The notes under the pieces: model-generated
Seen by the model: only the letters and a program-made list of their open reading frames with translations
Databases searched by the model: none
Told to the model about the DNA's origin: nothing
NCBI GenBank assembly: GCA_019323555.1
Contig: JAHWHC010000014.1
Span: 1-51,051 of the forward strand
DNA length: 51,051 nucleotides
Direction: 5' to 3'
Origin: Candidatus Woesearchaeota archaeon
GTDB taxonomy: Archaea; Nanobdellota; Nanobdellia; Woesearchaeales; ARS49
Shown here: positions 25,153 through 33,338 of the stretch, piece after piece
How the letters are laid out: every line of letters starts with the position of its first letter
How positions within the stretch are numbered: position 1 is the first letter of the stretch
Made by a program: the position numbers and the translations under genes

Positions 25153-26346
25153 TTATTTTCCGCTCACTATCTCAATCACGTCTCCGTGTTTGAGTATGTG
25201 GTCTCTGCCTATTGTTCTTTTTGTTTTTACATCTATTGCTCTCACAAAGTTATCCCCAAAGTCAGAATGAAGCTTGTATGCAAAATCTAGGGCAGTTGAT
25301 CCTTCTGGCAAAAGAAAGCAGTCTGGAAGTATGTTGCCGTGCTGGTCAGATAGCTTGTTCACGCCTCCTGGAAATATCGCGATGTGTTTCAAAAGAGTGA
25401 ATACTGCATCATCGATTGCTGGCTGTACCCCTGTGCTTTTCCATTTGTTCAGTATTTTTGATTTTATGAACTGTAGTGCCTTGTCTTGTTTTTCATTAAG
25501 CTGGCCGATTATCTTGAAGTCCTGTGCTCCAGGAATATACTCTATCAGTCCTTTTTTGGCAGCCTCTTTTAAGGCCAGTTCTGATTCTGCTGAGCAGGGT
25601 ATTATTGTGTATTCTGGAAACTCTTTTTTTACTCTCTCTAGGTTTGCTTCTGCTGATGGAAGGTCTATCTTGTTTGCTGCGATTATCATTGGTTTTGTTG
25701 CTTTTCTGAATTCCTTTGCCATCTCCAGCAGGTTTTCTTCTGTCCACTCCACAGGTCGCTCAGTGTTAAGGTCTAGTTTTTTGAATATGCTGTCAACAAG
25801 ATCCTCTGTTATGTTCAGTCCTGATAATTGTTTTGCCAGGACTTTTGTTATCTGGCTTTTTTCCTGCTGGACCTGTCTTGCTAGTTTTTCCCATCCTTTT
25901 TTCAGTATTGATAGATACCACATGTCTAGTTCTATCTCTAGGAATTTTATGTCAAAAGCAGGGTCATAGCTGCCTGGCTCTACTGGCTCGCCTTTTTCAT
26001 TTGTGCTTCCTGCAATGTCTACTATGTGGATTAAGGCGTGCGCCTGTCTTAGGTCATCCAGGAATTTGTTGCCCATTCCTTTTCCTTCGTGAGCGCCTGG
26101 GACTAATCCTGCCACGTCTATCACTTCTACTGGCACGAATCTTGTCCCCTCTAAACAATACCCGAATCTTGGGTTGCATTTTACATTGAAATGTTTTTCC
26201 GCACACTCTACCCGCACATGCCCGAATCCTTTGTTTGGGTCTATTGTTGCAAAAGGGTAGTTTGCGATGAGTATCTCTGCCAAGGTTAAGGCTTTGAAAA
26301 ATGTGCTTTTTCCTACGTTTGCTTTTCCTACCACGCCGATTATCAT
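25153..26346 (-). CDS. ychF: YchF/OLA1-type (Obg-family) GTPase/ATPase with C-terminal TGS-like domain
   Basis: G1 GVVGKANVGKSTFF, DVAGLV, NKID, and a C-terminal ...KHGDVIEIVSGK. Confidence 0.8.
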   Translation of the reverse strand: MIIGVVGKANVGKSTFFKALTLAEILIANYPFATIDPNKGFGHVRVECAEKHFNVKCNPRFGYCLEGTRFVPVEVIDVAGLVPGAHEGKGMGNKFLDDLRQAHALIHIVDIAGSTNEKGEPVEPGSYDPAFDIKFLEIELDMWYLSILKKGWEKLARQVQQEKSQITKVLAKQLSGLNITEDLVDSIFKKLDLNTERPVEWTEENLLEMAKEFRKATKPMIIAANKIDLPSAEANLERVKKEFPEYTIIPCSAESELALKEAAKKGLIEYIPGAQDFKIIGQLNEKQDKALQFIKSKILNKWKSTGVQPAIDDAVFTLLKHIAIFPGGVNKLSDQHGNILPDCFLLPEGSTALDFAYKLHSDFGDNFVRAIDVKTKRTIGRDHILKHGDVIEIVSGK

Positions 26347-26392
26347 GTTTAGCCTTTATTTGGCAGACTTATAAAAATCTTTGGGCGAAAAC

Positions 26393-26403
26393 CTTATAAA
26401 TAT
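26393..26403 (+). promoter_or_regulatory. TATA box for 26424 gene (leaderless)
   Basis: cttataaatat preceded by gaaaa (BRE-like), centred about 26 nt upstream of the ATG. Confidence 0.5.
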
Positions 26404-26423
26404 GAGAATTTAAAAGGGTATTA

Positions 26424-27026
26424 ATGGTTTCAATAAAGCACAGGTATACAGGCGTTGAGTATAAGACAGTTACCAGGTTTTCTGTAAAGTTTAAGGATGT
26501 TTTTGTTCTTGACGATCTTTATGTCTTGATGTATGAGTGGCTTATTGAGCATGGGTTTGCAACAAGGTCAGATGCTGATTTTCCTGAAAGATATTATTTA
26601 GATAGGACTGGTCCTGCTGGTAAAGAGGTATGGATTAGGTGGAGGCCTAAGAGATATCCTCTTCCTGGAAATAATTTTTGGCGGTTTGATTTAGATATTG
26701 ACATGCACGTTCTTAGCCTGAAGGATGTTGAGTTGGTTGTGCAGAACAAGAAATTAAAGGCGCATAAGGGGGAGATTGAGGTGCAGGTCGCTGCAAACTT
26801 GATTTATGATGCAGCAGGAGACTGGAGAAAGAATTCTCTTCTAAAGCCGTTCAGGAGTTTTTATTTCAAGAGATTCATGAGCAAGAAAAAAGATATGCTT
26901 GAAAAAGAGTTTTATAATGAGGCTTATGAGTTCAGGGATGCAATTAATAATTACCTGAAGCTGGAGACCTACCTGCCAAGCAAGATGGCTGGCCTGGAAT
27001 TCTGGCCAAAACGCACCCCTGAGTAA
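26424..27026 (+). CDS. Unknown-family protein, paralog 1 of a tandem triplet
   Basis: 200 aa. Shares the ungapped block LKDVELVVQNKKLKAHKGEIEVQVAANLIYDAAGDW with the next two ORFs. Confidence 0.7.
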   Translation: MVSIKHRYTGVEYKTVTRFSVKFKDVFVLDDLYVLMYEWLIEHGFATRSDADFPERYYLDRTGPAGKEVWIRWRPKRYPLPGNNFWRFDLDIDMHVLSLKDVELVVQNKKLKAHKGEIEVQVAANLIYDAAGDWRKNSLLKPFRSFYFKRFMSKKKDMLEKEFYNEAYEFRDAINNYLKLETYLPSKMAGLEFWPKRTPE

Positions 27027-27034
27027 GTAGAAAC

Positions 27035-27044
27035 TTTTATATAT
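27035..27044 (+). promoter_or_regulatory. TATA box for 27067 gene (leaderless)
   Basis: gtagaaac-ttttatatat, centred 27 nt upstream of the ATG. Confidence 0.5.
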
Positions 27045-27066
27045 CCTTCTTCCAACTTTTTAATTA

Positions 27067-27567
27067 ATGACAACAATAAACATGCCCACAGTAGCAATAA
27101 AGCATAAGGGTATCTTTAACCTGTCTGATATTCTTCAAGGCATTAAGAGTTACTTTGAAGCTGATTATTTTAAGGTGCACTACCCAAAGCATAAGTTGAA
27201 GCAGCCCTCTACTGGCTGGGAGCATGAGATGGAGATCTATGGCGAGCGTAAGATGAATGAGTATGTTAAGTTCAAGATAACGCTCTTCATTCGCCTTTAT
27301 GATATTAAAGATATCGAGATTATTAAAGAAGGCAAAAAGGTGCAGACCAACAGCGGAAGGATTACTGTTGAGATCAGCGGCGAGATCACCCTGGATTTTG
27401 AGAACAGGTTTGGGGGCTCAAAACTATTGCAGGGGCTTCAGGACTTTTATCACAAGTACATTATCAAGCAGGACATTGGTGATGTCTGGGAAGATGATAT
27501 CATGCTTAAGATGGTTAATTTAGGAAAATTAATAAGGGAGAAGTGTCAACAAGACATAATCACTTAG
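27067..27567 (+). CDS. Unknown-family protein, paralog 2 of a tandem triplet
   Basis: 166 aa. Shares the block IKDIEIIKEGKKVQTNSGRITVEISGEITLDFENRF. Confidence 0.7.
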   Translation: MTTINMPTVAIKHKGIFNLSDILQGIKSYFEADYFKVHYPKHKLKQPSTGWEHEMEIYGERKMNEYVKFKITLFIRLYDIKDIEIIKEGKKVQTNSGRITVEISGEITLDFENRFGGSKLLQGLQDFYHKYIIKQDIGDVWEDDIMLKMVNLGKLIREKCQQDIIT

Positions 27568-27570
27568 AAA

Positions 27571-28071
27571 ATGTCTGAAAAAGCAACAGTCGTGGATAAA
27601 GAAGCAATAAAGTATTCTGGCTTGTTCTCTGTTAAAGAGCTCTACGCACTTATTGAGCAATGGGAAGAGTCAAAAGGGTACTTTCCTGTTGAGAATTTTA
27701 TTGAGGAGAGTGTTGAGAAAGAGGGCAAAGTTATCACAGCAAAGCTTGAGCCTTTCAAGAAGCTCACTGATTATGCAAAGGCAGTTATCAAGATTGATAT
27801 AATGATATCTGACTGTAAAGAGGTTGAGGTTACACGGGCTGGCAAAAAGCAGAAATTGAACAAAGGGATTGTTGTTATTGAGATCATGTCTATTTTAGAG
27901 ACAGATTATGAGCACAGATGGGAGATGAAGCCCTGGCTTTATGTCTTGAGGACTATTTTTGAGAAATATATTTACACGCCGTTTTTAAGCGGCTTCAGGA
28001 ATGCCATCCGCGAGGATACAGACCATTTGAAAGAGCAGATAAAGGCATTTTTAAATCTCTATAAGAAGTAA
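27571..28071 (+). CDS. Unknown-family protein, paralog 3 of a tandem triplet
   Basis: 166 aa. Shares the block CKEVEVTRAGKKQKLNKGIVVIEIMSILETDYEHRW. Starts 3 nt after the paralog 2 stop. Confidence 0.7.
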   Translation: MSEKATVVDKEAIKYSGLFSVKELYALIEQWEESKGYFPVENFIEESVEKEGKVITAKLEPFKKLTDYAKAVIKIDIMISDCKEVEVTRAGKKQKLNKGIVVIEIMSILETDYEHRWEMKPWLYVLRTIFEKYIYTPFLSGFRNAIREDTDHLKEQIKAFLNLYKK

Positions 28072-28206
28072 GGAAAAGCTTTATAAATTGTTCAGTAATC
28101 CGAATTCTTATGCCCTATCCTTTACAAAAGGATAGAACCCAAAGATGTGCTGCACAAGACAGCACGGGCGAAGGCTTATTCCAATAGGATATTCGCATTC
28201 AATTAA

Positions 28207-28293
28207 GCCTCCGTAGCTTAGTAGCTATAGCGGCTGACTTGTATCTAAATGCAAGCAATCAGCAGGTCGAGGGTGCAACTCCCTCCGGAGGCT
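28207..28293 (+). tRNA. tRNA-Thr (anticodon TGT) with 14-nt intron at canonical 37/38 position
   Basis: Acceptor GCCTCCG/CGGAGGC, D arm GCTT..AGC, anticodon stem GCTGA/TCAGC. The 21-nt loop is CTTGTA|tctaaatgcaagca|A. T arm GAGGG-TGCAACT-CCCTC, discriminator T, no encoded CCA. Exon CTTG pairs with intron CAAG, flanked by two 3-nt bulges (BHB). Confidence 0.85.
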
Positions 28294-28357
28294 TTCGAAG
28301 CATAAGCGAGAAAGCTGTACGGAGACCAGCCAAAAACTCTGTGAGTGTTGGAGCGCT

Positions 28358-28377
28358 GCCTCCGGAGGCTTATTTTT
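28358..28377 (+). terminator. Palindrome GCCTCCGGAGGC plus T-run downstream of tRNA-Thr
   Basis: 12-nt perfect palindrome followed by ttattttt. It repeats the last 12 nt of the tRNA (CCTCCGGAGGCT). Confidence 0.4.
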
Positions 28378-28397
28378 CAATAAAAAAAGGAGATAAT

Positions 28398-28856
28398 ATG
28401 AAAGAAATATATGATAAACTAAAAAAAGAATTTGATCTGCCGGATTTTGATGTTCTTAATAATGAGTTTGAGATCATTACAATTGAGCCAGACGGATTTT
28501 TCTTGAGAGAGATCAAGAGAAAAATAAATGAGCGGCTTAGTTCTGCTTGTGAATTATTGACAAAGCTGATTCAGCCAGAGACTACGTCCTTGGTTGACTT
28601 GTATGAATATCGGTGTTTTGATGATTCTGAAAAAAAGAAAATATTTGCGTTATTTTGCAATGTGATGTATCTAAAGCGAAAGATTAATGAATCAGAACTA
28701 TTGTTAGATGATAAGGTTGATGCTGCAATCATCAAGCAGGCAGCAGAGACTTGGCCTAAATTAAGGAAGCAGATGATTCCTTTTGTCAAGGAATTAGAGG
28801 TTTGCTGGGAAAAGACCCCAGAATCAGATACCGAGTTAAAGGAGTATTTAGGATGA
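28398..28856 (+). CDS. Hypothetical helical protein (152 aa), translationally coupled to adk
   Basis: ATG 28398 preceded by SD aggag (MKEIYDKLKKEFDLPDF...). The track ORF start at 28239 lies inside the tRNA and is rejected. ATGA overlap with adk. Confidence 0.6.
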   Translation: MKEIYDKLKKEFDLPDFDVLNNEFEIITIEPDGFFLREIKRKINERLSSACELLTKLIQPETTSLVDLYEYRCFDDSEKKKIFALFCNVMYLKRKINESELLLDDKVDAAIIKQAAETWPKLRKQMIPFVKELEVCWEKTPESDTELKEYLG

Positions 28857-29467
28857 ATATACTTATTTTTGGTGCGCAAGGCTGTGGAAAAGGGACTCAG
28901 GCTGAATTAATTGCAGAAAGGTACGGCATTCCGCACATCTCTACAGGGGATATGTTCCGTGCTGCAATGGAGAAAGGCACAGATCTTGGCAAGCAGATTA
29001 CTGAGCGCATGAAAAAAGGAGTTCTTATTTCTGATGAGATAACTATCAAACTTGTTGAATTGCGCTTGAAAGAGTCAGACTGCACAGAAGGGTTTATTCT
29101 TGATGGTTTTCCAAGGACTCTTGAGCAGGCAGAGGCTCTTGATGAGATGGCAGAGATTGGTTTTGTTATTGTTCTTGATGTTCCAGAGGATGTTCTTATT
29201 GAAAGACTGGCTAAGCGCAGGCAGTGCGCTAAGTGTAAAAGGATAACTAATGTCTCTGAAGGTGAGAAATGCAAGGAGTGCGGTGGAAAGCTTATTCAGC
29301 GAGAAGATGATACTCCTGAAGGCATTAAGCAGAGACTAACAATGTATCGTGATCAGACAGAGCCTTTGATAGAATATTATAAGCCTAGAGATATTGTCCA
29401 TATTATTGATGGCAACAGGCCGATAGAACCAATTTTTCAGGATATTCTCAAGGTTTTAGGCGAATAA
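28853..29467 (+). CDS. adk: Adenylate kinase, bacterial/long type with Zn-binding lid
   Basis: MNILIFGAQGCGKGTQAE P-loop, HISTGDMFR, and lid CAKCKR...CKECGG. Confidence 0.85.
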   Translation: MNILIFGAQGCGKGTQAELIAERYGIPHISTGDMFRAAMEKGTDLGKQITERMKKGVLISDEITIKLVELRLKESDCTEGFILDGFPRTLEQAEALDEMAEIGFVIVLDVPEDVLIERLAKRRQCAKCKRITNVSEGEKCKECGGKLIQREDDTPEGIKQRLTMYRDQTEPLIEYYKPRDIVHIIDGNRPIEPIFQDILKVLGE

Positions 29468-29490
29468 CAAAAATTGCCATGCAATTTTTG
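29468..29490. terminator. Perfect 10-bp palindrome between convergent adk and truD
   Basis: caaaaattgc-cat-gcaatttttg lies immediately after the adk stop. The arms are A/T-run rich, which suits bidirectional termination. Confidence 0.4.
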
Positions 29491-29522
29491 GGATTACAAA
29501 ATTTGCGCTTTTTCCAAATTGA

Positions 29523-30467
29523 TTATCGCAAATTTTGAAATAGTTGTTTTAGGAATTCTGTTGCATAGCTTCCTTTTGATAATGTAAACTTTATCAAGAC
29601 TTTTTTCTTGCTCTTGTTTAGTTCGTCTTCCTCTAGCTTTCCTATCTTTAGGTCTTTTGCTTCTGCAAGTATCTCTCTTTCATCTCCTTCAGAGCTTAGC
29701 TCTGGAATCTCTTTTATTATGAAGTCCCTTGGTTCTATGCCTTCCTCTGCCAAGAAGTCTGCCAAGACGGAATTATCTATTATTGTTCCAAAGCCCACTA
29801 GCGGCAGCTCTCCTTTTTTCTCTGTTTTTTCAACTACTTTGTTCCATATCCAGCTCTGGTATGCATGGATGTAAATTTTCAGCAGCTTAAAAGGAAGTAT
29901 CTTTAATGCCCCTACAAAATTTGTTGGGTTTTTCTGGATATAATCCCTCACTTTAATCTGTTCTGGCCCCTTGTCTTCAAGCATTAGTTTTACTGCTTTT
30001 TCAAAATCCTTCTGGACTATTGCTTTTCCTATCGGTGCATTTGCTTGTCCGAATCTCTGCTCCCCAAAATAATTCACAAATTCTGTTTTTGCTGCTGGCT
30101 TTTTGTCAATATTTCTTACGACTATATCGAATTTATTCCCCTCAAGATCTCCTAAGCTTATTGGTTCAGTTCCTTTTCCTAGAAATTTTAATTCAATATC
30201 TCTTAGCTCTACTTTTTCTAGCCTGTCTTTGTTGATTTCTGGTACAGAGCAGGTTTGTTCTGTAACCGCGATTTTATCCTTGTTCCCTGCAAAACCGAAC
30301 TTTTTAGGATTGGTGTGTAAAGCACTTGCTACATGCTCTAGTGCTCTTATTGTGTTGTAGTTTTTTTTCTTTAGCAAGAAATAGGTGTATTTTCCTTTTT
30401 CTCCTGGTTTTATGATGCTTATCTCTTTTACAGCAAAATCTTCTGGTTTTTCTTTTATTCTGTACAT
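29523..30467 (-). CDS. truD: tRNA pseudouridine(13) synthase TruD
   Basis: Catalytic block FGFAGNKDKIAVTEQ and NYFGEQRFG. The start is set at ATG 30467 (MYRIKEK), because the track start 30479 is a GTG inside the tRNA-Arg acceptor stem. Confidence 0.8.
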   Translation of the reverse strand: MYRIKEKPEDFAVKEISIIKPGEKGKYTYFLLKKKNYNTIRALEHVASALHTNPKKFGFAGNKDKIAVTEQTCSVPEINKDRLEKVELRDIELKFLGKGTEPISLGDLEGNKFDIVVRNIDKKPAAKTEFVNYFGEQRFGQANAPIGKAIVQKDFEKAVKLMLEDKGPEQIKVRDYIQKNPTNFVGALKILPFKLLKIYIHAYQSWIWNKVVEKTEKKGELPLVGFGTIIDNSVLADFLAEEGIEPRDFIIKEIPELSSEGDEREILAEAKDLKIGKLEEDELNKSKKKVLIKFTLSKGSYATEFLKQLFQNLR

Positions 30468-30474
30468 TTTGAGA

Positions 30475-30563
30475 CGCACTCGAGGGGATTCGAACCCCCG
30501 ACCCCTTGCTGGCTCCTTGGTAAATAGGAGGCAAGTGCTCTATCCAAGCTGAGCTACGAGTGC
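30475..30563 (-). tRNA. tRNA-Arg (anticodon CCT) with 14-nt intron at canonical 37/38 position
   Basis: The minus strand reads as follows. Acceptor GCACTCG, TA, D arm GCTC-AGCTTGGATA-GAGC, anticodon stem CTTGC. The loop is CTCCTA|tttaccaaggagcc|A, closed by GCAAG. Variable loop GGGTC, T arm GGGGG-TTCGAAT-CCCCT, acceptor CGAGTGC, discriminator G. Exon CTCC pairs with intron GGAG, flanked by 3-nt bulges. Confidence 0.85.
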
Positions 30564-30587
30564 ATTTAGAGAATTAGTTCTGTATTG

Positions 30588-30599
30588 TTTTTAAAGTTT
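30588..30599 (-). promoter_or_regulatory. TATA box for tRNA-Arg (and co-transcribed truD)
   Basis: The minus strand reads aaactttaaaaa, centred about 30 nt upstream of the mature tRNA 5' end. This implies a very short leader. Confidence 0.45.
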
Positions 30600-31839
30600 A
30601 CCACTTTCTTTTTGTCTTAAAGACTTCCTGGAAAATTGAGGATATCCAGTTTGCTGTGGTAAAGTATGGTATGAATAAGAAGTATCCTACTGCGCCTGCT
30701 ATGTTTCTTGTTATCTTTTCATTGAATCTCTTGTGCGCGTGCAGTATAAGGTAAAAGCCAAGCACTGTTGCCAGGATGATTGGTATCATTATCCTAAGAT
30801 TCTGTCCAAGTAGCATCTGCTGCAGTGTCGGCATCTCTAGTATTCTTGTCCAGAAGTACCCTTTTATTGTTGCGCTTCTTATTGTGAACTCAATCATTTT
30901 GTCCATGAAGTTGTATGCGATTATGCTTACGTTTATCAACAATAGTCCTACTACCAGGACATTTACAGGCATCTGGAATGTTCCGAAGATTCCGTGTTTT
31001 CTTGAGAACATCATTGATCTGTAGTTCCACATGTTGTAGATGTATCCTCTTGCCCACCTTATTCTCTGCTTCCAGAGCTTGTTTAGGTTGTGTGGAGCAA
31101 GTGTGTGTGTTGTGCTTCTTGTCTCCATCTCTATCTGGTGCCCATTGAATTTCAGGCGCATTGCTATCTCCAGGTCTTCTGTCAGGTTGTTCCTGTCTTT
31201 TGTGAAGCCGCCGACTTTTCTCAGTGTTTCTGTCCTGTATACAGATAATACTCCTGGCGTTATTGCTAGTGTTCCTAGCACTGCCATCAGTTTTCTTACG
31301 AAATTGCTCATGATGTATTCAAAGAATTGTATTCTTTCAATCATCTTGTTTGGGCTGTCTACTCTTACCCTGCTTATCACAGCCCCTACATTAGAATCAT
31401 CAAAATGAGGCACTACTAGTTGTAGGGCGTCTTTCTCTATTCTGCTGTCTGCATCTACCACTGCAAAGAATTCTCCTGTTGCGCGCTCAATAGCTGCATT
31501 TACTGCACTTGATTTTCCGCCGTTTGGCTTGTTGATTAGGATTATGTTGTATCCTTTGTTTTTCTTGATTATGTTTTGAGCCACTTTTGCAGTATTATCT
31601 GTACTGCCGTCATTTACTATGATTATCTCTATCTTCTCTTTTGGATAGTCTGATTGTACTATAGAATTCACAGTTTTTTCTATTGTTCTTGCTTCATTAT
31701 ATGCAGGTATGCCTATTGTGACTTTTGGAAACCTCTTTAGTTTAGTCTTCTTTGGCTCCTCTGCGTGCAGTACACTGATCCATATGATTGCCAGCCATAG
31801 TGTGAAGAACAATATGGCCCATAATATGTGCTGTAACAT
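30598..31839 (-). CDS. Processive family-2 glycosyltransferase (PgaC/IcaA/NodC/cellulose-synthase-like), membrane-embedded
   Basis: IPAYNEA, VNDGSTDNT, GGKSSAVNAA, VVDADS, TEDLEIAMRL and QRIRWARG (QxxRW), with N- and C-terminal TM helices. Confidence 0.8.
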   Translation of the reverse strand: MLQHILWAILFFTLWLAIIWISVLHAEEPKKTKLKRFPKVTIGIPAYNEARTIEKTVNSIVQSDYPKEKIEIIIVNDGSTDNTAKVAQNIIKKNKGYNIILINKPNGGKSSAVNAAIERATGEFFAVVDADSRIEKDALQLVVPHFDDSNVGAVISRVRVDSPNKMIERIQFFEYIMSNFVRKLMAVLGTLAITPGVLSVYRTETLRKVGGFTKDRNNLTEDLEIAMRLKFNGHQIEMETRSTTHTLAPHNLNKLWKQRIRWARGYIYNMWNYRSMMFSRKHGIFGTFQMPVNVLVVGLLLINVSIIAYNFMDKMIEFTIRSATIKGYFWTRILEMPTLQQMLLGQNLRIMIPIILATVLGFYLILHAHKRFNEKITRNIAGAVGYFLFIPYFTTANWISSIFQEVFKTKRKW

Positions 31840-31925
31840 GCTATTAAATGGCTTATTTGCCTTTTTAAAGCTTGCGGTTTTTTTAGAGACTAACCTTTTT
31901 AAATGCAGCCCTATTTTTAGGGTAT

Positions 31926-32597
31926 ATGGCTGGGAAGGATATTTATGCAGCAGTTGTACTTGGTATGGGTACTGTTATTTTTCTAGTTATGATACTGATG
32001 TCTTTTATCTGGGGCAATACTGGTTTTGTTCCTGACATGATTGCATTTATTGTTCTTTCACTGTTTTTTTACTTTACTTATGAGAAGTGGAATTTGAACC
32101 TTCCAATATATACTATCTTGATTTTAGGTTTTATTCCGCATGCTCTTGGTTTTATGGGTTTTTATGGCTCTACACCTATTGGGCTTTCCTGGGATCATTT
32201 AACTCATATTATGCCTATTTTTGCATTTGCTTTGCTATTCTTTAATTTCTTGTACCCCTGGATGGACAGGAAATTCTTTACTCAGAAGACTATTTTCCTG
32301 ATCTTGGTTGTCTTGATGGCAGCCTCTGGAATTGGTGTTGTAATCGAGCTTGTTGAGTTCACTGGATTCCTGGCATACGGCTTTGGTGAAGGCGCTCTTG
32401 CATTTGGCACAGGCGATGCCTGTCCAGGTCAATTAGTCACATCTGTCGAAGAAATCGAGGCATACGGTGTTGGCTGGTTCAACACAATGTATGATTTAGT
32501 GTGGAACTCTATGGGTGCTCTATTAGCTGTCATTATTATGATTCTTATTCATTATGTTATTCTAAAGCCTAGAAAGAATCTGTTTGATAGGTATTGA
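31926..32597 (+). CDS. Polytopic membrane protein, function unknown
   Basis: 223 aa with 6-7 hydrophobic helices. The TATA ctttttaaatg (31895-31905) is centred 26 nt upstream of the ATG. Confidence 0.6.
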   Translation: MAGKDIYAAVVLGMGTVIFLVMILMSFIWGNTGFVPDMIAFIVLSLFFYFTYEKWNLNLPIYTILILGFIPHALGFMGFYGSTPIGLSWDHLTHIMPIFAFALLFFNFLYPWMDRKFFTQKTIFLILVVLMAASGIGVVIELVEFTGFLAYGFGEGALAFGTGDACPGQLVTSVEEIEAYGVGWFNTMYDLVWNSMGALLAVIIMILIHYVILKPRKNLFDRY

Positions 32598-32672
32598 AGA
32601 TATTCTTAATTGCTGTGGGTTGTAGTGTGTTAGACGCGAAACTTTATAAAGAAATAGTCTTTATTATATTCC

Positions 32673-33314
32673 ATGGTAAATAAAAAATATCTATTATCTG
32701 GACATACTTCAACAGGAGGATTGAAAGAAATAGATCGAAGAATAATTGCAGAAGCTGATCAGTATTCAGATGATCGCAATATTCTAATTTTAAATTTAAC
32801 TTCTTCTGATATGTCAAAATTAAGAGGCAAAAGAGAATTTTTTCAAGAATACTTTAAAAAATTAGGAGCTACAAATATAGATTGTTTTTCTGATGAAAGT
32901 CCTATAAATCTGCAAGAAGCATTTGAAAGAGCAAGCATTCTATATCTTCCGGGCGGAGATACCGAAACATTTATTAGAAAAATAAGAGAAAACTGTTTAG
33001 AATCTAGAATTGCTTTTTTTGATGGAATAACGTCAGGAAATAGTGCTGGAGCATATGTTCTGTGCACAGAATATTTAAAAATTCGAGACGACGAAGTTAA
33101 GATTATCCCCGCAATGGATCTCGTAAATTTTTGGATTAAAGCACATTATGAACCTAAATTTGATCCTGTTCTTATAGAATTATCAAAAGGAAGAGATATT
33201 TTTGCTTTAGAAAATGTATCTGCAATAGGAGTTGACTTTACTTCTGTACAGGAACTAGACTTCACAGGAAATATATGGAAGTTTTGTGAAGGAAGAAAAG
33301 AAAAAGTAAATTAA
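32673..33314 (+). CDS. Peptidase S51 (dipeptidase E / cyanophycinase-like) family protein
   Basis: ILYLPGGDTETF and the nucleophile block TSGNSAGAYVL. The TATA tttataaa (32643-32650) is centred 26 nt upstream of the ATG. Confidence 0.6.
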   Translation: MVNKKYLLSGHTSTGGLKEIDRRIIAEADQYSDDRNILILNLTSSDMSKLRGKREFFQEYFKKLGATNIDCFSDESPINLQEAFERASILYLPGGDTETFIRKIRENCLESRIAFFDGITSGNSAGAYVLCTEYLKIRDDEVKIIPAMDLVNFWIKAHYEPKFDPVLIELSKGRDIFALENVSAIGVDFTSVQELDFTGNIWKFCEGRKEKVN

Positions 33315-33338
33315 GCCTTAATCAATATTAACCGAAGT

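Noticed and set aside
28282-28370. The 12-nt direct repeat of the tRNA-Thr 3' end as att sites of an integrated mobile element.
   Set aside because: The copies are only 77 nt apart and enclose no genes. No integrase or transposase is present anywhere in the window. At most this is an excision scar or a terminator.
28239-28397. The N-terminal 53 codons of track ORF 28239-28856.
   Set aside because: This part overlaps tRNA-Thr and its terminator-like palindrome. A proper SD (aggag) plus ATG occurs at 28398.
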